Of a stretch of DNA of 64,000 bases, positions 30,113 through 39,435 are shown one piece after another. The translations under genes were made by a program, and so were the position numbers. The DNA lies in assembly GCA_963665275.2 (NCBI GenBank), contig CAXXIN010000018.1, positions 64,001-128,000 on the forward strand. Reading direction: 5' to 3'. The notes under the pieces were generated by a model that was given only the letters and a program-made list of their open reading frames with translations, made no database searches and was not told the DNA's origin. Numbering within the stretch: the stretch's first letter is position 1; the number at the start of each line of letters is the position of its first letter. Source of the DNA: Negativicutes bacterium. GTDB taxonomy: Bacteria > Bacillota > Negativicutes > UBA1444.

Positions 30113-32119
30113 ATGATAACCGACAAGCCGGAAATGTTGACCGGTCATGAGTTGATGGATGCTTCCCAACTGCAGTTCCAGGACTTGTTTGATCTGGAAG
30201 AAATTCAGCGCCTTCAGGATGCCTTTTCATCTGCAACAGGCGTATCTTCCTTGATTACAGATCCTTGTGGTAATCCGATCACACGGCCGAGCAATTTTGT
30301 CGAAGTTTGCTCCATGATTCGTGCTAAACCTGCGGGATTGGCCCGCTGTATGCATTCGGACGCAGTCCTCGGTTTGCTGAATTCGGCTGGTCCGGTTTTT
30401 GGCAAATGTCTCAGCGGCGGACTTTATGATGGAGGAACAGGAATCACCGTTGGTGGCCGTCAACTAGCGAATTGGCTGATTGGACAAGTAATCGATGATG
30501 GCGTCGATGATGAATATCTGCGAAACTATGCCCGGGAGCTGGGTATTGACGAGATTCAAATGATTCAGGCCTTTCAGAACGTTCCACGGATGTCACAGGA
30601 AAAATTCAGAAAAATATGCGAGGCACTGCACATCTTAGGAGAACAGCTATCGGGACAGGCTTTTCGCCTCATTCAACAGCGACGATACATCGACGATCTC
30701 CAACGAACCCAGGCGGAGTTGATGGAGAGTGAGGAACGTTACCGCGCTTTGGTTCAGAGATCCTCCGAAGCCATTTTATTGATTGATCCGGATTCCCGCA
30801 AAGTGATTGAGACGAACCGGCATTTTCAGGAATTATTGGGCTATTCGGAAGAAGAGATCACTGGAATGAGCGTTTACGATCTGGTGAATGACAACAAAAA
30901 GTCTGTAGACCGATACTACGATGAGCTTTTACCGACTCAGAACGAGTTGCCGGTTGAATCCCGTTCTTTCCGCCATAAAAGCGGGCGAAGTGTTGCTGTG
31001 GAACGGACGGGTGTCATCGTTCATCTGAATGGGAAGAAAGTCTACATGGTTACTGCCCGGGATGTGACGGAGCGGAAATATATTGAAGAAAAAATGTTAT
31101 ATCTGAGTTTCCACGATATATTGACAGACCTATACAACCGGACTTATTTTGAAGAAGAACTGGCCCGAATGGACCGCAGAAGGGCAGGTTCGGTCGGATT
31201 AATTATTTTTGATTTGGATGGATTGAAACTGGTAAATGACTCTTTTGGTCATGAACAGGGCGATAATTTGTTGGTCAGGATGGCAGGCTTGATTCAGGGG
31301 TGTTTCAACGAACCGGATGTTGTGGCAAGAATTGGCGGGGACGAGATTGCTGTTCTGCTCAGGGAGACGAGCATCAAACAGTTGGAGCAGGTTGTTGCAA
31401 AAGTTTATGATGAGGTGGACCGCATTCAACAGACGGCTCACCGGATTCCTCTGAGTCTGTCAGCTGGATATGCCTTCAGTGCGGACAAAAACATGTCCAT
31501 GCGTGATCTGTTCAGGGAAGCGGATAACAATATGTATCGTGAAAAGCTCCATCGAAGCAGGAGCGCTCGCAGCGCCATCGTTCAGACAGTTATGAGTTTG
31601 CTGGAAGCGCGTGATTTCATTACTGAGGGTCATGCCGACAGGCTTCAGGAAATGCTGACGCAACTGGCTCGCGCTGCTGACTTGCCGGAAAGTCGGATGA
31701 CTGATTTGCGCCTGCTGGCTCAGTTCCATGATATTGGGAAAGTGGGAATACCGGATCGGATTTTGTTGAAACCGGGGCCTCTGTCACCCGAAGAAATGAT
31801 CGAAATGCAGCGACATTGCGAAATTGGGCATCGGATCGCCCAGTCTTCGCCCGATTTGCTCCCGGTGGCAGATTGGGTGCTTAAGCATCAGGAATGGTGG
31901 AATGGCCAAGGGTATCCGCTGGGTCTGGCTGGTGAGAAAATCCCGGTGGAATGCCGAATTCTTGCCATCGCTGATGCTTATGACGCGATGACCAATGATC
32001 GGCCCTATCGCAAGGCAATGAGTCATGAGACCGCAATTGCAGAAATTTGTCGCTGTTCAGGCATTCAGTTTGATCCGCACTTGGTGAGGTTGTTTATTCA
32101 ATCTTGGGAGAAAGGCTAA
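30113..32119 (+). CDS. PocR-PAS-GGDEF-HD-GYP c-di-GMP turnover protein
   Basis: PocR-like N-terminus (IQRLQDAFS.ATG, C..SD), PAS, DLDGLKLVND/GGDEI, and HDIGK...HQEWWNGQGYP.GL.GE.IP. Confidence 0.9.
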   Translation: MITDKPEMLTGHELMDASQLQFQDLFDLEEIQRLQDAFSSATGVSSLITDPCGNPITRPSNFVEVCSMIRAKPAGLARCMHSDAVLGLLNSAGPVFGKCLSGGLYDGGTGITVGGRQLANWLIGQVIDDGVDDEYLRNYARELGIDEIQMIQAFQNVPRMSQEKFRKICEALHILGEQLSGQAFRLIQQRRYIDDLQRTQAELMESEERYRALVQRSSEAILLIDPDSRKVIETNRHFQELLGYSEEEITGMSVYDLVNDNKKSVDRYYDELLPTQNELPVESRSFRHKSGRSVAVERTGVIVHLNGKKVYMVTARDVTERKYIEEKMLYLSFHDILTDLYNRTYFEEELARMDRRRAGSVGLIIFDLDGLKLVNDSFGHEQGDNLLVRMAGLIQGCFNEPDVVARIGGDEIAVLLRETSIKQLEQVVAKVYDEVDRIQQTAHRIPLSLSAGYAFSADKNMSMRDLFREADNNMYREKLHRSRSARSAIVQTVMSLLEARDFITEGHADRLQEMLTQLARAADLPESRMTDLRLLAQFHDIGKVGIPDRILLKPGPLSPEEMIEMQRHCEIGHRIAQSSPDLLPVADWVLKHQEWWNGQGYPLGLAGEKIPVECRILAIADAYDAMTNDRPYRKAMSHETAIAEICRCSGIQFDPHLVRLFIQSWEKG

Positions 32120-32173
32120 TTAATAAAGAACTGCAATCACGTTTGTGACCGCAGTTCTTTTTAATTAGCCTTT
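32111..32173. terminator. Bidirectional terminator
   Basis: AAAGGCTAATTAA-TAAAGAACTGC...GCAGTTCTTT-TTAATTAGCCTTT long inverted repeat between convergent genes. Confidence 0.85.
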
Positions 32174-32185
32174 AATTGTTATGTT

Positions 32186-32512
32186 TTATGCAAGCAAATC
32201 GACAACCGATTTTGCATTGGGTGTGTGTAAATTTAAAGTGGTTGCGGGAGATTGTTGGGCAGCTGCTTTAATCAGGTCCAACTGCTTTTGGGCATCAGTT
32301 GGATTGTTAGTGGCGGGAGTTTTGGAACCCATTAAGGCTTGCGCGGTTTCTGAAAGACTTAATTCGTAAGATGCCGACGGAGTCTTTTTTTGGGTTGTCG
32401 ACTGAGTAGAACTTGAATTCGCAGCAGTTTCATTTCGCAGAAGCGCGTCGGCTGCGTTTTGTCCATTCAGGGCTGTTGATTGCGATGAAATTGTGTTACC
32501 CATATGAATCAC
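32186..32512 (-). CDS. Small Ser/Thr-rich hypothetical protein
   Basis: 108-aa ORF with an AGGAG RBS; low-complexity N-terminus and helical C-terminus. Confidence 0.65.
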   Translation of the reverse strand: MIHMGNTISSQSTALNGQNAADALLRNETAANSSSTQSTTQKKTPSASYELSLSETAQALMGSKTPATNNPTDAQKQLDLIKAAAQQSPATTLNLHTPNAKSVVDLLA

Positions 32513-32603
32513 GCTCCTGAATACTTACTCTCCTTCATATAATACCAGAAAAAGGCTGATTGTGGAACAACAGAAATAAAGAAAATGCGATTGAATGTAT
32601 CGG

Positions 32604-34619
32604 TCAAGTTTCCTGGACAAGAGAGTCAATCAAAGAATCAGCAGCGAGATGGGGTAATGTGATGAAAGACCGGCCGTTCTGTGATTGGTTGAATTCGTTG
32701 ACGGTAGTGATGGAGTGGGGATTGCGGGCCCAACTGCGGCGGGCGACTCCACCCATGACATCCCATAACATTGCAGACCGTATGATGTCATCCACACGAG
32801 AGCTTCCATCCAGCACAAGACCAAAACCGCCGTTGATGGCTTTCCCAATACCGACCCCGCCGCCGTTATGCAAAGCGACCAGGCTCATACCGCGAGCCGC
32901 ATTGCCGGCAAAGCACTGGATCGCCATATCGGCCATGACATTGCTGCCATCTTTAATATTGGCGGTCTCGCGAAAGGGCGAGTCCGTCCCGCTGACATCA
33001 TGATGATCCCGGCCAAGCATGACCGGACCGATTTCACCGTTGCGCACCATTTCGTTGAAACGCAGGGCAATTCGTATGCGCCCGTCCGCATCCTGATAAA
33101 GGATGCGGGCCTGTGTGCCGACAACTAATTTGTTTTGCTGCGCATCACGAATCCAGACGTAATTGTCACGGTCCTGGCCACGGCGCTCAGGATCAATGCA
33201 ACCCATGGCGGCCTGGTCGGTTTTTTCCAGATCTGAGGGGTTGCCGCTAAGACATACCCAGCGGAAGGGGCCGTATCCATAATCAAACAACTCAGGGCCC
33301 ATGATGTCTTCAACATAAGATGGAAAAATGAACCCGTCTTTTTCATCGACACCATTGCGGGATACCTCGCTGACGCCTGCATCAAACACCGCTTTGAGAA
33401 AGGAGTTCCCATAGTCGAAGAAGTATGTTCCCCGAGCAGTCAAAGTGCGGATGAGTTCAAACTGTTTTCGCAGGCTGGCGTTAACCAAGGTATGAAATTT
33501 TTGTCGATCTTCCGCCAACAGGCGGGTTCGTTCGTCAAAAGAGATTCCCTGCGGACAATAACCTCCATCATAGGGGACGTGGCAGGAAGTCTGGTCCGAT
33601 AGCAGGGGTAGAGGGATATTGTGCTCAACAACATATTCAATCAAATCGACGATGTTGCCGTGATAAGCAATGGCGAGAGGTTCACGATTTACTCGTGCGG
33701 TATTAGCCAGACGAAAGACTTCCGGCAGTTGATCGGACATGCAGCTGATCCAACCCTGACTCAGACGGGTCTGGATACGGGAAAGATCAACCTCGGCTAT
33801 GATGCCGACACCTCCGGCGATTTCAATGGCCTTCCCCTGCGCACCGCTCATGCCGCCGAGACCGGAGGTGATGAAGAGGCTGCCGCGCAAATCTTCGTTA
33901 TGGCTTAGGCCAAGCTTGAGCCGTCCTGCATTGAGTAGAGTATTGAAGGTTCCATGCACAATGCCCTGGGGCCCGATATACATCCAACCGCCTGCGGTCA
34001 TTTGACCATAGTTGGCAACGCCCATCTGCTCAGCGATTTCCCAGTCGTTTTGGTTGTCGAACATGCCGACCATCAATGCATTGGTGATGATGACCCGAGG
34101 GGCGTCAGGTTTGGACGGGAACAAGCCCAACGGGTGACCCGATTCGATTACGAGGGTCTGATCCTGGGTCAATACCTCAAGGTATTGCTTGATGAGTTTG
34201 TATTGCAGCCAGTTTTGACAGACACTGCCGGTTTCGCCGTAAGTAACCAGCTCGTAGGGATATAAGGCGACATCCGGATCCAGATTGTTGTCAATCATGA
34301 CCTGGAACGCCTTGCCTTCAATGCAGGCGCCTTTGTATTCATCGATCGGTTTGCCCCGCAAGCGTTGAGGAGGCATGTAACGGTAAGCATAAATCCGGCC
34401 GCGCGTTTTCAGTTCATGCAAAAATTCCGGTGCGAGAGTCGCGTGCAGGGATGCAGGTACATAGCGCAAGGCGTTGCGCAAGGCGGTTTTCGTCTGGGCG
34501 GGCGTCAGCTTGAAACCACGGTCAGGCGCCCTTCGCAGTGCCGGGTCAAAAGAGATCGACGGTGGAAGTTCACTCCCAAGGCCGATGGAAAAATAACTGG
34601 ATTTTGCAATTTCACTCAT
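32604..34619 (-). CDS. hutU: Urocanate hydratase (long, 671-aa form)
   Basis: NNLDPDVA, YGQMTAGGWMYIGPQGIVHGT, GLGGMSGAQ, SDQTSCH, GRDHHD and HNGGGVG. Confidence 0.95.
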   Translation of the reverse strand: MSEIAKSSYFSIGLGSELPPSISFDPALRRAPDRGFKLTPAQTKTALRNALRYVPASLHATLAPEFLHELKTRGRIYAYRYMPPQRLRGKPIDEYKGACIEGKAFQVMIDNNLDPDVALYPYELVTYGETGSVCQNWLQYKLIKQYLEVLTQDQTLVIESGHPLGLFPSKPDAPRVIITNALMVGMFDNQNDWEIAEQMGVANYGQMTAGGWMYIGPQGIVHGTFNTLLNAGRLKLGLSHNEDLRGSLFITSGLGGMSGAQGKAIEIAGGVGIIAEVDLSRIQTRLSQGWISCMSDQLPEVFRLANTARVNREPLAIAYHGNIVDLIEYVVEHNIPLPLLSDQTSCHVPYDGGYCPQGISFDERTRLLAEDRQKFHTLVNASLRKQFELIRTLTARGTYFFDYGNSFLKAVFDAGVSEVSRNGVDEKDGFIFPSYVEDIMGPELFDYGYGPFRWVCLSGNPSDLEKTDQAAMGCIDPERRGQDRDNYVWIRDAQQNKLVVGTQARILYQDADGRIRIALRFNEMVRNGEIGPVMLGRDHHDVSGTDSPFRETANIKDGSNVMADMAIQCFAGNAARGMSLVALHNGGGVGIGKAINGGFGLVLDGSSRVDDIIRSAMLWDVMGGVARRSWARNPHSITTVNEFNQSQNGRSFITLPHLAADSLIDSLVQET

Positions 34620-34634
34620 GACAATCCCTCCAAA

Positions 34635-35465
34635 CTAAAGCGTTTCGTTCAGACTGCCCATACGATAACCGGACAGGTCCAGGGTAACAAAGGGGAACCC
34701 AATGGATTGAAGCTCTTTGCTGATTTTTTTGGCAGTCTCAGCATCGATCAGGTACTGCATTTGCGAAGGTTCAACTTCGATTCGGGCGATGGCTCCATGA
34801 TGACGGACTCTCACTTGTCCGGCAGCAAACCGGCGGACGACACGCTCAGCTTGTTCGATTTGCGACAGATTGGCGGCACTGATCGGCAGTCCGTAAGCGA
34901 TCCGGGATGCCAGGCAAGCAGCGCTGGGTTTGTCCCAGGTTGGTAGGCCCCACTCTTTTGAAAGGGCTCTAATTTCAGCTTTTGTCAAGCCTGCCTCAAG
35001 CAGGGGGCTTCGTACATTTGACATGGCCTCGATCGCTTTCATACCGGGACGATAGTCGCCCACGTCATCCGCATTGGACCCTTCAATGATCCAATGGATC
35101 CCATTCTGTGCCGCCCACTCGGCAAGGATGCCGAAACGAAGTTTCTTGCAGTGGAAGCAACGGTCCGGACCGTTCTGACGAAACCCTGCGTCGTCCATTT
35201 CATCTGCTGGTAGCATCAAATGTCGGATCCCGATGCCGGCAGCGATTTTGATTGCGTCTGACTGTTCTTCCATGGCCAAGGTCGACGAATAAGCAGTGAG
35301 GGCAACGGCCTTATCCTGCAAACGACGGAAAGCTGCAGCTGCCAATAAAGCGCTGTCAGTTCCGCCCGAAAAAGCGATGGCCGCCGATTGGAGTGAGTCG
35401 AGTATTTCATTGAGGCGGGCCGTTTTTATTTGTAACAGGGTTGCATGGTCTGACACTAAGGGCAC
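34635..35465 (-). CDS. larE: ATP-dependent sacrificial sulfur transferase, LarE family
   Basis: PP-loop AFSGGTDS, RCFHCK, DYRPG, PSAACLASRI, VRVRHHG and GYRMGSLN. Confidence 0.9.
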   Translation of the reverse strand: MPLVSDHATLLQIKTARLNEILDSLQSAAIAFSGGTDSALLAAAAFRRLQDKAVALTAYSSTLAMEEQSDAIKIAAGIGIRHLMLPADEMDDAGFRQNGPDRCFHCKKLRFGILAEWAAQNGIHWIIEGSNADDVGDYRPGMKAIEAMSNVRSPLLEAGLTKAEIRALSKEWGLPTWDKPSAACLASRIAYGLPISAANLSQIEQAERVVRRFAAGQVRVRHHGAIARIEVEPSQMQYLIDAETAKKISKELQSIGFPFVTLDLSGYRMGSLNETL

Positions 35466-35492
35466 CTCCGCGGAATTAAATATTCCTGGGCA

Positions 35493-36587
35493 TTATTCGA
35501 TGACGCCGCCGCCGATTACGCAGTTGCCGTCATAAATTACTACAGATTGGCCTGGAGTAATCGCCCGTTGTTTTTTCGCAAACAGCACTTCCATCCGCTG
35601 ATTCGGCAACGGCGTAATCTGTGCCGGATTTTCCGCGGCATTGTAGCGGATTTTGGCGGATGCCTGAAAGAGAGTGGTAGGGATATCGCCAGAAACCCAG
35701 CAAACATCACGGGCGATCAGGCGATCGGTGAAAATGTCGGACTCGGGGCCCAGTGTGACCGAATTTGTAGTCGGGTTAACGGCCGAAACAAACACCGGTT
35801 GACCCAAAGCTATTCCAAGACCTTTGCGCTGCCCGACGGTATAGCACGCGAAGCCTTTGTGGATTCCCAGAACTCGACCGTCCGGCGACATAAATGGTCC
35901 GGGAACAATCGCCCCCGGTACCCGCTCCGCCAGAAAACGGCGATAGTCATTGTCTGGAATAAAGCAGATTTCCTGGCTTTCCGGCTTGTTGGCCACCAGG
36001 AATCCGAATTCAGTCGCCCGGGCGCGGGTTTCCGGTTTTGTCAGCCCCCCGAGTGGCAGCAGAAAATGCGCCAGAAGTTCCTGGTTCAGATGATACAGGA
36101 CATAGGACTGATCTTTTTTTTCATCTAGTCCTTTGAGTAAACGGTATTTTTGCGTTTCAGGATTGAAATCGATTTGGGCGTAGTGGCCGGTGGCGACATA
36201 ATCGACTCCCAACTCTTTGGCCCGCTGCAGCAACGCTCCGAATTTGATATGGCGGTTGCAGGCGATACAAGGATTGGGGGTGCGCCCGGCCAGATATTCC
36301 GCTGTAAAGTAATTGATTACTTCCCGTTCGAAGTCAGCCTGAAAATTAAAGACATAATGTGGAATATCTAGCATCTGGGCGACACGGCGAGCGTCTTCCA
36401 CGGCAGAAAGGGTGCAGCAGCTTCGTTCCGGGCCTTCAGCTTCTGCTGAAGGTCCGGTCTGGGGCTCATTCCAAAGTTTCATCGTAGCGCCGATAACTTC
36501 ATATCCTTGACGTTTGAGGAGTGCGGCGGCGACTGAACTGTCAACGCCGCCACTCATGGCAATAAGAACTCGTTTTGATTTATTCAT
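35493..36587 (-). CDS. mnmA: tRNA 2-thiouridine(34) synthase
   Basis: AMSGGVDSS, TPNPCIACN, ATGHYA, KDQSY, ESQEICF and TPGQ. Confidence 0.96.
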   Translation of the reverse strand: MNKSKRVLIAMSGGVDSSVAAALLKRQGYEVIGATMKLWNEPQTGPSAEAEGPERSCCTLSAVEDARRVAQMLDIPHYVFNFQADFEREVINYFTAEYLAGRTPNPCIACNRHIKFGALLQRAKELGVDYVATGHYAQIDFNPETQKYRLLKGLDEKKDQSYVLYHLNQELLAHFLLPLGGLTKPETRARATEFGFLVANKPESQEICFIPDNDYRRFLAERVPGAIVPGPFMSPDGRVLGIHKGFACYTVGQRKGLGIALGQPVFVSAVNPTTNSVTLGPESDIFTDRLIARDVCWVSGDIPTTLFQASAKIRYNAAENPAQITPLPNQRMEVLFAKKQRAITPGQSVVIYDGNCVIGGGVIE

Positions 36588-36642
36588 GCCCAAATTATAT
36601 CATATTTTGCGTGTAAGTCTTTCGATTTGCGGACGGACATTT

Positions 36643-36671
36643 TTGACAGACACAGGCGCATCTGCTATGAT
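36643..36671 (+). promoter_or_regulatory. Sigma-A promoter for lplT
   Basis: TTGACA-17 nt-TATGAT with extended -10 TG. Confidence 0.7.
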
Positions 36672-36776
36672 TTACGGCATACGGGCATGAGTGTCCGTTC
36701 ATTTGAATTTGTCGGTTTTTGCAGAGTTTTACGCATGTGATGCTGAGGGTTCGCGCTAAAGGCAAAGCGAGGAAGG

Positions 36777-37982
36777 GTGTGGAACTGGTTCTTGAAAATT
36801 TTGTTTTCCCCGCTCGGTGCGTTGTTGTCCAGTCAATTTCTTTCCGCTTTCGTCGATAATACGCTCCTGTTCATCGCTCAGGCGATTATCCGGCGGGATG
36901 GATTTCCCGATTATTATCTGCCGCTGGTGCAGGGCCTGTACCTTGCTTCTTATATAGTTGCATCCCCCTGGGTTGGCGTATTTTCGGATTATGTTCCGAA
37001 GGCGCGCGTGTTGCTTTATGGCAACATTATTAAAGCGCTTTGTCTGGTAGGCTTCCTTTTGGGAGTGAACCCGGCTTTGAGTTACGGTATTTTCGGACTG
37101 GGGTCGGTGATCTACAGCCCGGCAAAGTATGGCATCCTACCTTTTCTCACACGCAATGAGCATAAATTGATGCGGGCCAACTCCTGGATGGAAGGGACCA
37201 CGATTGTGGCCATTCTCAGCGGTTCGGTCCTGGGCGCAACATTGTCGGACTATTCCATTCCGCTGGCTTGTGTTGTTGGAATGTTCTTGTACGCCGGCTC
37301 CATTGCCTTTACCTGGTTGATTCCCCTGAACCCCTGCAGCGGTCACAGGCCTCGTCTGAATCAGATCGGCGAGTTTTTTTCTGACATAAAACTGTTTATG
37401 ACGCACGTTGATGCCCGATTTTCAGTCATTGGTTCCGCTTTTTTCTGGACGGTATCCAATATTCTGCGGCTGGGGATGTTCGTCTGGGTACCGGAAGCAC
37501 TTGGATTGGCCGGTAATAAACCAGTGAGCCTGTTGATGGCAGTTATTGGCGTTGGTATCGGCATCGGCGCATTCATGGCGCCTAAGTTCGTATCGGTCCG
37601 GACTTATCGTCGGGCAATACTGTTCGGTATTATCATGGGGATTACGGTGATGGTGCTGAGTTATGTGCACACTTTGAACATTGCTGTCGGGCTGATTTTC
37701 ATCGTAGGTTTGTTGGGTGGGTTATATATTGTTCCGGTCAACACCCTGAATGAATATTTGGGAGACGGGACCATCGGAACCGGCCGTGCGACAACGGTGC
37801 AAAATTTCGCCGAAAACACGTTCATGCTGATGGGAACCGGTGCTTATACTTTTGCGGAACAAATCAACATACCGATCGATCACACCATCCGTTGGTGCGG
37901 ATTGCTCTTGCTTGGCTTTATGGCATTTTTAGCTTTCTACCGCAAAGGTTGTCCGATTGCGGTACGTGGCGATATTAAATGA
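36777..37982 (+). CDS. lplT: MFS lysophospholipid transporter
   Basis: SQFLSAFVDN, YSPAKYGIL, ANSWMEGTTIVAIL.G, VPVN and VQNFAEN. Confidence 0.88.
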   Translation: MWNWFLKILFSPLGALLSSQFLSAFVDNTLLFIAQAIIRRDGFPDYYLPLVQGLYLASYIVASPWVGVFSDYVPKARVLLYGNIIKALCLVGFLLGVNPALSYGIFGLGSVIYSPAKYGILPFLTRNEHKLMRANSWMEGTTIVAILSGSVLGATLSDYSIPLACVVGMFLYAGSIAFTWLIPLNPCSGHRPRLNQIGEFFSDIKLFMTHVDARFSVIGSAFFWTVSNILRLGMFVWVPEALGLAGNKPVSLLMAVIGVGIGIGAFMAPKFVSVRTYRRAILFGIIMGITVMVLSYVHTLNIAVGLIFIVGLLGGLYIVPVNTLNEYLGDGTIGTGRATTVQNFAENTFMLMGTGAYTFAEQINIPIDHTIRWCGLLLLGFMAFLAFYRKGCPIAVRGDIK

Positions 37983-38013
37983 TAGGTTTTGAAATTTCAA
38001 GGAGGTGTCTTTA

Positions 38014-39039
38014 ATGGAATGGTCTGAAGTCAAGGTGAACGCAAAAGAACGCTTTCATGGGGCGTGCAGGGTTTGCCCGGTTTGCAACGGAATTGCCTGC
38101 GCCGGCGAAGTTCCCGGAATGGGTGGGGTCGGAACAGGGATGGGCTTTCGCAACAACGTCAGCGCGCTGGCGGCAATTAAAATGAATCTGCGGACGGTGC
38201 ATCGGGTCAGCTCACCTTTCCTGGCAGCGACGCTGTTCGGGCAAGAACTGAGTATGCCTGTTCTGGCCGCTGCAATCGGCGGAACGGCTATGAATATGAA
38301 GGCTGAACTGAGCGAAGCCGAGTATTCGGCGGCAGTGGTATCGGGATCGGTGCAGGCTGGCGTCCTTGCGATGACCGGCGATGGACCCAAGCCGGAAGTC
38401 TTCGAAGGCGGCCTGACTGCCATCAGAGCGGAACAGGGACACGGAATTCCCATCATCAAGCCACGCGAACCGGAACGCATCGTGAAACTGGCCAACGAAG
38501 CCGCCCAAGCCGGCGCCGTGGCCTTTGGCATTGATATTGACGCTGCAGCACTGATCAACATGACTCGTATGGGGCAGCCTGTGGGACCCAAAAGCTTCGC
38601 TGAACTTGAATATATCAAAAGAAATACGAGGATCCCTTTCATCGTGAAAGGGATCATGACGGTCGACGATGCTCTGGCGTGCGTGGAAGCGGGCGTGGAT
38701 GCCATTGTGGTATCCAATCATGGGGGGCGCTCTATGGACCATACGCCGGGTACCGTTGAAGTTTTGCCTGCGATTGCCAAGGCTGTTCAGGGCCGTCTGG
38801 TCGTTATGGCTGACGGCGGCGTGCGCACGGGGATCGATGTGTTGAAGATGCTGGCACTGGGAGCTGAGTTCGTTTTGGTAGGCCGACCGGTCATTGTGGG
38901 CGCGGTTGGCGGTGCGGCCGAAGGGGTCAGGATGGTTATGGACCGTATTGCTGCTGAACTGCGTACCGCCATGGTTCTGACTGGAACCAGCGACGTCCGT
39001 TCCGTATCTTCAAGGGTAATATATCCCCCCGCTTGGTAA
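38014..39039 (+). CDS. FMN-dependent alpha-hydroxy-acid dehydrogenase with Cys-rich N-terminus
   Basis: IVKGI, VVSNHGGR, ADGGVRTG and VGRP; N-terminal CRVCPVCNGIAC; ATG after AAGGAGGT. Confidence 0.88.
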   Translation: MEWSEVKVNAKERFHGACRVCPVCNGIACAGEVPGMGGVGTGMGFRNNVSALAAIKMNLRTVHRVSSPFLAATLFGQELSMPVLAAAIGGTAMNMKAELSEAEYSAAVVSGSVQAGVLAMTGDGPKPEVFEGGLTAIRAEQGHGIPIIKPREPERIVKLANEAAQAGAVAFGIDIDAAALINMTRMGQPVGPKSFAELEYIKRNTRIPFIVKGIMTVDDALACVEAGVDAIVVSNHGGRSMDHTPGTVEVLPAIAKAVQGRLVVMADGGVRTGIDVLKMLALGAEFVLVGRPVIVGAVGGAAEGVRMVMDRIAAELRTAMVLTGTSDVRSVSSRVIYPPAW

Positions 39040-39045
39040 CATAAA

Positions 39046-39294
39046 TTATTCGCTGCGAATGTCCGAAAACAGAATGGCAGGGGAATCTATGGGAAATACA
39101 TGGGGCGGAAGTCGACGCAATTCTTCGATCAGCCAGCCTTCTTCCTTTGCTTCCAGGAGCTCAAGAGCCTGTTCTGCTGATTCCGCGATAGCGATTGCGA
39201 TTGCGTCGGTATAAAGGGACTGGTGGACACAAGGTTCACCGAACATGCTCCAGCTGTGAAATTTTCGATTATGTCGCCAGAGGTACAAATTCAT
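39046..39294 (-). CDS. Hypothetical protein
   Basis: 82-aa ORF with an AAGGAG RBS. Confidence 0.6.
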   Translation of the reverse strand: MNLYLWRHNRKFHSWSMFGEPCVHQSLYTDAIAIAIAESAEQALELLEAKEEGWLIEELRRLPPHVFPIDSPAILFSDIRSE

Positions 39295-39376
39295 ACGATT
39301 TTACTCCTTGTGGCAGGGTACAGGTAGCAACATTCGTGTTCTACTGTAAGCTGCCATCTTTTTATGGGATATGAGA

Positions 39377-39409
39377 AACCACCTGACCGGTTTGATCGAG
39401 CAGGTGGTT
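39377..39409 (-). terminator. Probable terminator after the hydrogenase operon
   Basis: AACCACCTG...CAGGTGGTT inverted repeat. Confidence 0.55.
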
Positions 39410-39435
39410 GGTGGCAAGGACCGTTTTAACTTAAG

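Noticed and set aside
36633-36698. ACGGACA/TGTCCGT heptamer flanking the lplT promoter, also seen near 9643 and 48078
   Set aside because: Too short, with inconsistent spacing; cannot be distinguished from chance without statistics.
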